Shown: one piece after another, positions 45,376-53,289 of the stretch
Position numbering within the stretch: the stretch's first letter is position 1
Layout: each line of letters starts with the position of its first letter
Origin: a virus
Taxonomy: Duplodnaviria > Caudoviricetes
Direction: 5' to 3' (one strand)
DNA: 53,289 bases
Virus record (IMG/VR): IMGVR_UViG_3300025652_000005
Span: 1 to 53,289 of that record
Translations under genes and position numbers: made by a program
Notes under the pieces: generated by a model
The model's database searches: none
Told to the model about the DNA's origin: nothing
What the model saw: only the letters and a program-made list of their open reading frames with translations

Positions 45376-45797
45376 GCTGCGTCCACCTTGTCTGCGTACG
45401 CCTCTGCCACGCGGGTGTGATAGCCCGTCCAGCGCATCTCGAACTTGATGCGATCCAGCTCGTCCTGTCCTGTGGAGTGGCCGACTGTCACGATCAGCTT
45501 GTCGCTGCCCTCCATGTGTCGAATGACGTAGACAAAATCGAACCATGTGTTGCTCGCGGCATCGGGGTTGACCAAGCGAACGTCACCGCTGCCTGTCTTG
45601 TTGGCTGCCACGAACGACGCGGCAAACTCGTCTGCCTCGAAGCGTGGCAGTGTCCAAGCAATCTTCAAGGCGTCCTCGATCATGGACTGCACACCTGACG
45701 GGTGCCCGTCCCAATGCTTGTAGATGGCGTAAACAGTATCGGTTTCGCCAATGCTTTCGTTCGCCTCCGTAATGTAGATTAATGCGTTCGTAGACAT
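45372..45797 (-). CDS. Early protein of the MST...YxHxDGxP family
   Basis: MSTNALI...IYKHWDGHP; AAGGAG SD; ends VDAA. Confidence 0.7.
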   Translation of the reverse strand: MSTNALIYITEANESIGETDTVYAIYKHWDGHPSGVQSMIEDALKIAWTLPRFEADEFAASFVAANKTGSGDVRLVNPDAASNTWFDFVYVIRHMEGSDKLIVTVGHSTGQDELDRIKFEMRWTGYHTRVAEAYADKVDAA

Positions 45798-45873
45798 ATG
45801 TGTCTCCTTAATGTCTGGGTTGTCATGCGATGGTGCATGGGATCGGGCGACGCTACTCGCCCTCACCGATGCG

Positions 45874-46077
45874 TCATGCTGCGGCTTCAGCCTCGTACAT
45901 GGCGTGCTGGATGCGGTCGTAAACGTCCCAGCGGTCTTCGCCTGTGAAGTCTCCAACCACGCGGCAGTTTGCCAATGCCGCTGGGTAGTTGCGGTCGTGG
46001 TCATCCTTCGCGCGGTCAATGTAAAAGCGAGCACGGCTTTCGAGTACGCGAATGTAGGCGTCGATTGAGGTTTTCAT
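45874..46077 (-). CDS. Hypothetical early protein
   Basis: AAGGAG SD; ends EAAA. Confidence 0.6.
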   Translation of the reverse strand: MKTSIDAYIRVLESRARFYIDRAKDDHDRNYPAALANCRVVGDFTGEDRWDVYDRIQHAMYEAEAAA

Positions 46078-46101
46078 GTGTAGTTCTCCTTCATGTGTGG
46101 G

Positions 46102-46326
46102 TTATTCGACGTGGTGATCGTAGATGTTTGGGTTGATCCAAGGCACGAGAACGCACTCGCCCTTGATGTACGTACCGTCCACTGTGCGTGTGACTTGGCC
46201 GCAGCCTGTGATGGCGTTGATGCCAAGCCATGCGAACAGAAGGCCAGCGAAAATGCTGAGTACGAAGCCCCTCACGCTGGGGGCTAAGTTCTCTTCGTAT
46301 GCGGTACGGGATTGGTACGAGTTCAT
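46102..46326 (-). CDS. Small membrane protein
   Basis: GGAGG SD; TM helix then GCGQ...ECVLVPW. Confidence 0.6.
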   Translation of the reverse strand: MNSYQSRTAYEENLAPSVRGFVLSIFAGLLFAWLGINAITGCGQVTRTVDGTYIKGECVLVPWINPNIYDHHVE

Positions 46327-46330
46327 GCGA

Positions 46331-46534
46331 TCAACCTCCAAAGCGGGTGAAGGTGGACAGGAATACGAAGTTGTCGTCGGCTGCGATCTCTTCGCACATC
46401 GCGTCGTACTCGACGGCCTTGCGTACACGCTCGGCATCGAGCCGGATGAACGAACCGACGGCCTGCCAGTTGTCGCACGGGTCGTCGTTGGTGTGCGCTG
46501 GGGTGAGTGTCGGGTGTGATTGACGTGTGTGCAT
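46331..46534 (-). CDS. Hypothetical early protein
   Basis: AAGGAG SD before MHTRQSH. Confidence 0.5.
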   Translation of the reverse strand: MHTRQSHPTLTPAHTNDDPCDNWQAVGSFIRLDAERVRKAVEYDAMCEEIAADDNFVFLSTFTRFGG

Positions 46535-46577
46535 GGGGGTCTCCTTTTCATGCGGGTGAACCGTGCCGGACAGCACG

Positions 46578-46607
46578 AAAAAACCCCAACGCTTGCGCGA
46601 AGGGGCT
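46578..46607 (-). terminator. Rho-independent terminator
   Basis: CCCCTTCGC-GCAA-GCGTTGGGG-TTTTTT on the minus strand. Confidence 0.75.
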
Positions 46608-46635
46608 AATTGCTGTTGTCCGTTTGTGGGTGTGA

Positions 46636-47097
46636 TTAACCGCGCAGGAAGGAAGCGATCAGGCCTGCTTCGGGTGAGTTGCCCAAGCCAGAGGAGATCA
46701 ACACTGCGTACGCCTTGGCGGCTGCAACCGCGTCAACGCCATCGGCGATCTCGGGTGCTTTGGCCTTGGGCGCGGCTTTCTTCGCGCGGGTCTTCGCGAC
46801 AGCTTTGACGGCCTTCACGGCTGCGCCTGCGTCTTTCTTCGCCTTGGCGTCTGCGTTGATCGCGGCCCAGTCTTCGCGTGTGCCCGAGACGACCAGCTTG
46901 ATGCGAACGAGGTCGCCTGTCTCGATGTAACGCACGAGCGTCTTCCAAGCGCGTTTGGCGTTCTTCGCGGCTTGCGCCTTGATGCGAGCGGCTACCTCGG
47001 CGCGACCCTTGACGGGTGCTGCGAGGTACATTTCGGCTGCTGCCTTGCGTGTGAAGCAAGCTACTACGGGTGCGACGGCTGTGTTTGTTTTTGTCAT
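46636..47097 (-). CDS. Ala/Lys-rich first early protein
   Basis: AAGGA SD; histone-like AK-rich segment. Confidence 0.7.
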   Translation of the reverse strand: MTKTNTAVAPVVACFTRKAAAEMYLAAPVKGRAEVAARIKAQAAKNAKRAWKTLVRYIETGDLVRIKLVVSGTREDWAAINADAKAKKDAGAAVKAVKAVAKTRAKKAAPKAKAPEIADGVDAVAAAKAYAVLISSGLGNSPEAGLIASFLRG

Positions 47098-47222
47098 GGT
47101 GAAGTTCCTTATGTGTTACGCATAACCGCGCCCCGCAGAACGCAGGACGTGGGCCAGTCTCCAATCAGAGCTGGCACCCCCTTCAGTTCCTCAAGGAAGT
47201 ATTCCTTGGTCGCGCTCACGCA

Positions 47223-47253
47223 GGACGACAGGCGTAACGCATTTGCGTAACGT
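47223..47253 (+). promoter_or_regulatory. Putative late promoter (GGACGAC-N18-TAACGT) upstream of terminase
   Basis: Motif in the early/late divergence region. Confidence 0.5.
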
Positions 47254-47507
47254 GCCCGTATGGTTAATTTTCATACGCGAGGGGAGCTAAACTGGAAACT
47301 TTTTACGCGCGCGTTACCCGCCAGCCTCCCTTCATAGGGGAGAAAAAACACTGAAAAACCAACACTTTCCATCTACCGTGTGCCATTCATGCGCCAATTC
47401 TGGCCGACAGGGGGGGTCCACCCCACCCCGCGAAGTGAAATTTCGGTAATTACCATCTCGGACCCCACGACAAATCTGAGCAAAAATCAAAACGTCTGGA
47501 AAATTCA

Positions 47508-47825
47508 ATGTCAAACAAGCTAACACCACAAACACCTGATCGTTTAACGCCCTTACAAGTAGCCAACATGCGCTCCGGCCTGTTCCGCCGCGTAGAGCGC
47601 CAGATAGGCGAGGCCCACGCCGTAGTAATGGGCAAGCAGGAGTGGTCTCCCACCCAAGCACGGGTGTTCGCCACCATGCTCAACAAGGTAGTCCCTGATC
47701 TGACCGCCGCTTTCGTACAGCATGAGCACAACATCCAAGACGCCCCAGAGAAGATGACACGCGAGCAGCTTGAGACCATCGCCGCAGGCGTCAGCACGAT
47801 AATAGACGCCGAGGTCGCCGAATGA
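47508..47825 (+). CDS. terS: Terminase small subunit
   Basis: About 105 aa immediately upstream of terL; SPTQ...LNKVVPDL and MTREQL motifs. Confidence 0.7.
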   Translation: MSNKLTPQTPDRLTPLQVANMRSGLFRRVERQIGEAHAVVMGKQEWSPTQARVFATMLNKVVPDLTAAFVQHEHNIQDAPEKMTREQLETIAAGVSTIIDAEVAE

Positions 47826-49486
47826 GCCTCACCCCACAGGACGCAGCCCGCCATCTCCTAAAGCTGAAGGCCGCAGAAGATGGCTTTCTGGGCTTCGTTC
47901 GCCTCCATTACCCCCAGTGGAAGCTACCTGACTTCCATCTCAAGATGATTGACGCCCTAGATCACCTAGAAAAGAACACTCTCGACAGTCATCACGGCCT
48001 ATCAGCCGCAGAAAAAGCCACCACAGAGCTCGTTCCTGTGCGAAATTTGCTCATAACCATGCCCCCACGGCACGGAAAGTCTACGTACGGCAGCGTAATT
48101 TTCCCGTCTTACTTCATGTCAAAAAAACCAACGCGCTTTATGATGTCCACATCCTACAATTCTCAACTCGCGACCGACTTCGGACGCCAAGTTCGAGACT
48201 TATCCAACGAACCCACCACCGCACAGATATTTCCTGACTTCGAGATGTCTGCCGACAGCCGTGCAGTAGACCAGTGGCGCACAACCCAAGGCGGGGCCGC
48301 TTACTTCATCGGGGTAGGGGGCACGACCTCCGGTCGCGCTGCCAACCTCCTGCTATTCGATGACCCGCTCAAGTCCCGCGAGGAAGCTGAGAGCGCGACG
48401 CAGCGCAACAAGGTTTGGAACTACTACGTCTCGGCCCTATCAACTCGCCTACAGCCTGACGTAGACAATGTGCCTCCGGCGCAGATCATCATCCTGACCC
48501 GCTGGCATCCTGACGACTTGGCTGGTCGCCTCATGCAGACTGACGATTGGAAGGAGGGGCGTTGGAACCACATCAACTTCCCTGCAATCGACGAGCGCGC
48601 CATACAGGGCGATACAGGCAAGATTAGCCGCAGTGAGCTTCCGTCTGACCACCCTCAACACCTCGCACCTAACGAGGCTTCCAAGCTCTCCAAGGCCAAG
48701 CGCTACATTCGCAAGACAGAAGCCACCGCTCTCTGGCCCGAACGCTTCTCCATAGAAGACCTGGAGCGCCGTCGCCGCTTAAACCCGCGCGAGTTCGCCA
48801 GCCTCTACCAGCAGTCACCCTACATACAGGGCGGCAACATGATCCGCTCCCACTGGTGGCGTACATACCCTGCCGATATGAAGCCCGAGCGCTTTTCCAC
48901 TCTCATCATCGCAGCCGACACGGCCTTCAAGGCCAGACAAGACAACGATTACTCCGTCATGATGACGATGGGCCTCGACACCACGGGTGACATCTACATT
49001 GTGGACGTGATCCGCGACCGTTTTGAGTTCCCCGAACTAAAGAGACGCATGATCCAAGCCAATAACCAGTGGCGTGGACGCGGCCTACGGGGCATTTACA
49101 TCGAGGATAAGGCATCTGGTCAGTCTCTCATCCAAGAATTACAGCGAGAGAGCGGCGTATCCGTAGTTCCGTACAAGGTTTCGTCGGATAAAGTCTCCCG
49201 CGTGACCTCGATACTCCCACTCATAGAGGGCGGGCGCGTGTTTTTACCTGACAACGCCCCCTGGATGGACGCCTTCCACGAGGAATGTCAGTCTTTCCCT
49301 TCGGGAAAGCACGACGACATGATTGACGCCCTATCAATCGGCCTCGATGTCTTAGCGCGCACCCCCACAACGGGTGAATATTACACTCCGTCTGCGTTTT
49401 CCCTGCCAAACTCAGGCGATAGCTTGTGGGACATGAAGTCTGATCTCAATAAAATGAGCGGCTCATGGCGCGGCTGGGGTGAATAA
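47822..49486 (+). CDS. terL: Terminase large subunit
   Basis: MPPRHGKS Walker A, LLFDDP Walker B, TRWH.DDL, ADTA and HDD.ID nuclease motifs. Confidence 0.95.
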   Translation: MSLTPQDAARHLLKLKAAEDGFLGFVRLHYPQWKLPDFHLKMIDALDHLEKNTLDSHHGLSAAEKATTELVPVRNLLITMPPRHGKSTYGSVIFPSYFMSKKPTRFMMSTSYNSQLATDFGRQVRDLSNEPTTAQIFPDFEMSADSRAVDQWRTTQGGAAYFIGVGGTTSGRAANLLLFDDPLKSREEAESATQRNKVWNYYVSALSTRLQPDVDNVPPAQIIILTRWHPDDLAGRLMQTDDWKEGRWNHINFPAIDERAIQGDTGKISRSELPSDHPQHLAPNEASKLSKAKRYIRKTEATALWPERFSIEDLERRRRLNPREFASLYQQSPYIQGGNMIRSHWWRTYPADMKPERFSTLIIAADTAFKARQDNDYSVMMTMGLDTTGDIYIVDVIRDRFEFPELKRRMIQANNQWRGRGLRGIYIEDKASGQSLIQELQRESGVSVVPYKVSSDKVSRVTSILPLIEGGRVFLPDNAPWMDAFHEECQSFPSGKHDDMIDALSIGLDVLARTPTTGEYYTPSAFSLPNSGDSLWDMKSDLNKMSGSWRGWGE

Positions 49487-49519
49487 GGACGACCAACCCA
49501 ATCACGAGGAGGTAAAACT
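49487..49519 (+). promoter_or_regulatory. Putative late promoter (GGACGAC-N19-TAAAAC) upstream of portal
   Basis: Abuts the terL TAA. Confidence 0.55.
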
Positions 49520-49525
49520 CGTCTC

Positions 49526-51442
49526 ATGACATTAACAACGACAAATTACCGTGCGGATTACGTTCCTGACAACGATGGTATCGTTGTTGATCTTTCCGAT
49601 CACGCTGACGCCCTCATGAACTATGAGGACATATCCTCACGTCTCAGCGTCGAGCAAGAACAGAAGCTCGTAGACTACGTGCGCTCTGCGATGCAGATGT
49701 CATACGACCGCATCTCCAAACGCTACGAGCATTGGAAGCAAGCTGACCGAGCGCATGACGTTTACGTACGTCCCGACGCCACGCAGTTCCGCGAGAAGGC
49801 GGTCATTGCAGATACTCGTGCGATCTCCGACACGGTTCACACCTACCTGATGGCTGCCCTTACGGGCCGCAATCCAATGTTCCAGTTGGAGGGTCTCAAC
49901 AGGAAATCGCGCAAGTCATCACAGATCATTGAACGCCTACTACACCAACAGATGCGCCGCACAGCAGGGGAGGCTCGAATTGCCCAACACCTTCTGGACA
50001 GTATTCGGTACGGATACGCCCCCACAAAAGTTACGTGGGATGCTTCAAGCAAGACGAACAAGATCACCAACTTCGACCCGCGCCGCGTATTCCACGACCC
50101 CCGCGTCCAGTGGGGAGATTGGGAGAGGATGCAGTACATCATCTTTTCTGATTTCTCATCTTATGACGCTCTCCTCCAGACGGGCATGTACCCTAAACTC
50201 AAAGAGTACCCCGCCCTCCGAAACAAGTTCGCCGCTCCGACTGGTGGGTGGGACGGACATAAGTGGCATAAAGAAGCCGGACGAGGACTAAGTATTGACC
50301 CCGCAGAGCGCAACGCTCGCGGTGGCGGCACCTTCTTTGCATTGGGTGACAGCCGTATCATCGACGAGAGCTGGATACGTCTAGCTGGGTACGAGATTGG
50401 TGTCCCGCAAATAGAACAGTTGTGGATGTGCATCACCGTTCTCGACGAGAACGTCATCATCCGTTGCCAACTAAACCCTTACGGCAGGCAGTTTCCTGTT
50501 GTAATCGGCGGCCTGTACCACGACGCGCATAAGACCTACTCCCAGTCGCTTTATGACATCCTCCTCCCACTACATGATGTCGCGACATGGCTGTTGCGCA
50601 GCCGCATCGACAACGTACAGGCCGCTTTGACCAATCTTATGTTCGTTGACCCCACTCAAGTCGCTATCGGAGACCTCATAGACCGCAATGCGCACGGCAT
50701 TGTACGCACTATGCCTGGTGTTAAGCCTGGTGATGGCGTGTTTATCGCCAACGTCCCCGACGTTACGCGAGGTCATTGGAACGATATCGAGGCAATGTCG
50801 GGCCTAAAGCAGCGTTTATCCGCCGCTTCCGACGCTCAACAGGGTATGCCAACCGCAGAAGGCGGCGTACGCACAGCAACAGAGATACAGCGCCTTACCC
50901 AACTGGGCTCTCAGCGCCTTGGCGTACTCGCGCGTACTATCAGTGCCACTTCCGTACGGCCAATGGCCCGCATGATGGTAGCCAACGTGCAGGATTTCTT
51001 TGCTGCTGAAAGCTCTATCCGCATTGGCGAGCAAGACAATGCCCCATCACTGCGTGGCATGGTCAGCGACGGATACCTCGACTTCAAGCTGTCAGACATC
51101 CAAGGCGAAATCGACTACCTCGTCGTAGACGGCACCTTACCACTTGAGCCAACCCGCAATGCTGAGACTTGGATCACCATGCTCAAGACCCTCAACGAGA
51201 CGGGTCTCGCGATGGAGTACAACTCAGGCAAGATCGTCGAGGAGGCCATCCGCTCTATGGGTGTCTCAGACTTGGATCAGTTCAAAATATCCAAAGAGCA
51301 GCAGGCCGAGGGGCCAACCAAGTCGCAAGAAATGATGATTGCGGAAAAAGCCCGTGGCGCATCCGTACAGCCGCAGCAACAGATCGAGAGTGAAGTTCAA
51401 AGGGGCAATCTCATACCAATGCAGGAGGCGCAGCGCCGATGA
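49526..51442 (+). CDS. Portal protein (P22/SU10-like)
   Basis: 638 aa after terL; RTATE motif; NPY...P.V pattern. Confidence 0.9.
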   Translation: MTLTTTNYRADYVPDNDGIVVDLSDHADALMNYEDISSRLSVEQEQKLVDYVRSAMQMSYDRISKRYEHWKQADRAHDVYVRPDATQFREKAVIADTRAISDTVHTYLMAALTGRNPMFQLEGLNRKSRKSSQIIERLLHQQMRRTAGEARIAQHLLDSIRYGYAPTKVTWDASSKTNKITNFDPRRVFHDPRVQWGDWERMQYIIFSDFSSYDALLQTGMYPKLKEYPALRNKFAAPTGGWDGHKWHKEAGRGLSIDPAERNARGGGTFFALGDSRIIDESWIRLAGYEIGVPQIEQLWMCITVLDENVIIRCQLNPYGRQFPVVIGGLYHDAHKTYSQSLYDILLPLHDVATWLLRSRIDNVQAALTNLMFVDPTQVAIGDLIDRNAHGIVRTMPGVKPGDGVFIANVPDVTRGHWNDIEAMSGLKQRLSAASDAQQGMPTAEGGVRTATEIQRLTQLGSQRLGVLARTISATSVRPMARMMVANVQDFFAAESSIRIGEQDNAPSLRGMVSDGYLDFKLSDIQGEIDYLVVDGTLPLEPTRNAETWITMLKTLNETGLAMEYNSGKIVEEAIRSMGVSDLDQFKISKEQQAEGPTKSQEMMIAEKARGASVQPQQQIESEVQRGNLIPMQEAQRR

Positions 51443-51702
51443 GCAACCCCATAAATAGCAGTGTTTGGGCAACCCAGGTTGACGCAGTGATACGCGACTT
51501 CGTGAATGCTCGCATCCATGAAGAATTAAAGCCAGTACGGGACGACACCGAGGCGCTTCGCGGTGCATTGTTGCGAATAAGAGAAGCGTCCCAGTCTGAC
51601 ATGGGCACGCTGACCGCAAGAGTAAATGACGCAGAAGAGCTCATAAAAATGTCGTCATGGCGGGTGGCAAAGCTCCGCTCCCTAGCGACTGAAGAGGAAT
51701 AA
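51439..51702 (+). CDS. Hypothetical coiled-coil protein
   Basis: GGAGG SD; ATGA overlap. Confidence 0.7.
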   Translation: MSNPINSSVWATQVDAVIRDFVNARIHEELKPVRDDTEALRGALLRIREASQSDMGTLTARVNDAEELIKMSSWRVAKLRSLATEEE

Positions 51703-51704
51703 GG

Positions 51705-52244
51705 ATGGCACGCACCCGCGTCCCCAGTGAACAGTTAAACTTCCGCTCCGCGAATACCGGAGTTCATCTTCTTGATACGTATCTTGAAGATGCGGAGATG
51801 GGCAGCCTCACTCTTGCTCAACTCATGGGTAAGTTGTTCGATGAAACTACGGGCGACATAGACGCATTCTCCTTTCAGTACAGCAACGAGGACAACCTAC
51901 AGACGCTAAAGCTACGCATCGGTGGTTCAGAAGCTCCGTACCTAGAGGTTGCCAGCTTCACTGATCTCTTTACTGATCTAGCCGCCTTCAAGTCTACGGC
52001 TCTTTCAGACATGGAAGTAAAGCGCGCTAACGCCCAGACCAGTGCAGAGAATGCTCTGGCTTCTGAGTTAGACGCGGAAGCAGCCAACACCTCATCTATT
52101 GCGGCGAAGCAAGCATCTGAGGCTGCGCGGGACTTGTCCCAAACTTATGCCAACCAAGCATTCCAAACCACACCTACCGTGATCCAGCAGGGCATATTGC
52201 TGGCGCAGCTTCACGGTGAATTGTTCAACGGGAGTTCTCTCTAA
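51705..52244 (+). CDS. Fibre-anchor-like structural protein
   Basis: N-terminus paralogous to that of 9666..11234; Ala-rich coiled coil. Confidence 0.65.
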   Translation: MARTRVPSEQLNFRSANTGVHLLDTYLEDAEMGSLTLAQLMGKLFDETTGDIDAFSFQYSNEDNLQTLKLRIGGSEAPYLEVASFTDLFTDLAAFKSTALSDMEVKRANAQTSAENALASELDAEAANTSSIAAKQASEAARDLSQTYANQAFQTTPTVIQQGILLAQLHGELFNGSSL

Positions 52245-52612
52245 TGCCAAATATTTCGGTATCAAACCAGCAGGCTCTCGCAGACGAACTTGCCCAGCGA
52301 CTAACAACACTAACTGCATCCACGCCGAACGCCGACTTGGTTTATCTGGCGAGGATGATCGAAATCTTCAACGGCAACGCAAACCTATCTGCTGTTTCCG
52401 CTGAAGGCGACACTCAGATTGCCAACATTACGAACGTGAGTTCGCAAAAGGTTACGAGCGTAACGCAAGAGGGTAACACCCAAATCACCGCCGTGCAGCA
52501 AGCATCCCTCACGGAGCAAGCGGCTCTCAATGGTCTTCAGACAAGCATCCAGTCAGCGTTAAACGCTTACCAGATGTCTCCGTCGAAGGTCTTTTTTCTG
52601 TCACAAAGCTAA
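52244..52612 (+). CDS. Fibre-associated coiled-coil protein
   Basis: EG.TQI repeats; TAATG coupling. Confidence 0.65.
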   Translation: MPNISVSNQQALADELAQRLTTLTASTPNADLVYLARMIEIFNGNANLSAVSAEGDTQIANITNVSSQKVTSVTQEGNTQITAVQQASLTEQAALNGLQTSIQSALNAYQMSPSKVFFLSQS

Positions 52613-52624
52613 ACGAGGAATACC

Positions 52625-53289
52625 ATGCCAAACGGATTATTAGGAAAGAAGGTTGTAAACGCTCGCGACACGGAAGTTGTGTATACAGTTCCGTCAGCTC
52701 GCACGTCTACATTCAACCTCAACGTACTAAACAACGGAACCAGCACGGCGACCGTAAATGTTTACGTATCAGACAAGGTGTACCAAACACGCGACTTTGA
52801 GGACTACCTCGCCCCTCTGAACTATAACAAGACTTGGGTTGCCGCTGACACGGCCAACACACTCGGCCTTGTCGGACAGAGCACATCTAAGATGATGACC
52901 GCAATGAAGACCACTCCTGTGGAGCCTGCCTCAGCTAACACGGCCTCTTCACCCATCACGGGCAAGAAGATCGAGACACTGCAAGAGGCGAACGCTGACG
53001 GCAACTTCTTCTTGGTAAGTTCTCCTGCGGCAGTCGGAAACCCGCTGCCATTCTATACGGCAGGCGCATTGTACGTACGTTCCGCCCCCGATGGCGGCGT
53101 TTACACGTTCGATAACTTCTTCTCTGGCGGCGCTGCAACCACAGCTTCCACAAACTACGGTCAGACAGCAACAGACAACGTGCTTTGGGCCACGAACGAG
53201 AACGCAAACTTCGCGATGTCTTACGTACAGGGTGTTCCTGGCGGCGCAGGCTCCGTGGTCAATTCAATCGCAGACTACCGCGTCACCAC
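52625..53289 (+). CDS. Tail fibre/virion structural protein, 5' part (continues across the join to 1301; about 612 aa in total)
   Basis: ATG at 52625 after GAGGA SD; MPNGLLGKKVVNARDTEVVYTVP... is open to the end and in frame with ORF 18..1301. Confidence 0.85.
   Translation, partial: MPNGLLGKKVVNARDTEVVYTVPSARTSTFNLNVLNNGTSTATVNVYVSDKVYQTRDFEDYLAPLNYNKTWVAADTANTLGLVGQSTSKMMTAMKTTPVEPASANTASSPITGKKIETLQEANADGNFFLVSSPAAVGNPLPFYTAGALYVRSAPDGGVYTFDNFFSGGAATTASTNYGQTATDNVLWATNENANFAMSYVQGVPGGAGSVVNSIADYRVT
53163..53289 (+). repeat. Terminal overlap identical to 1-127
   Basis: Exact match to the first 127 bases. Confidence 0.95.

Larger units (their letters stand above)
1..53289. mobile_element. 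Complete (circular) temperate podovirus-like tailed phage genome
   Basis: Terminase, portal, capsid, ejection proteins, lysis cassette, integrase and attP present; no tape-measure or sheath gene seen; ends overlap by 127 bp; no host housekeeping genes. Confidence 0.95.

Overview
The window is an apparently complete, circularly permuted genome (about 53.16 kb) of a temperate podovirus-like dsDNA phage. Positions 1-127 repeat 53163-53289, most likely an assembler k-mer overlap. The host is probably a marine alphaproteobacterium (Rhodobacteraceae-like), and from memory the gene content resembles Roseobacter CRP-901-type phages (not verified). The + strand late arm runs terS, terL, portal, fibre genes (47.5 kb across the join to 3.9 kb), tiny Lys-rich proteins, scaffold, major capsid, adaptor/nozzle, GNAT and ejection proteins including a 3148-aa giant (to 27.4 kb). 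A - strand recombination block (Sak4-like ATPase, SSB, Cas4-like nuclease) diverges from a Cro-like HTH and a PrimPol-helicase, and no family A/B DNA polymerase or RNA polymerase was seen. Next come a palindromic ori-like region, an HTH/Zn-ribbon regulator, a resolvase, a lysis cassette, a LuxR-type HTH, a tyrosine integrase and attP, then a - strand early region (CobS-like AAA+/CobT-like vWA pair, SleB-type hydrolase, small genes). The most notable signals are: an attP carrying the 5' half of tRNA-Ser(GCT) with its own promoter; a recurring GGACGAC late-promoter motif; strong CGTACG enrichment with apparent GANTC absence; a structured capsid mRNA leader; a candidate antisense sRNA at the ori; and shared junction repeats encoding C-terminal Ala-Ala in early genes. 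All calls are by eye, without database searches.
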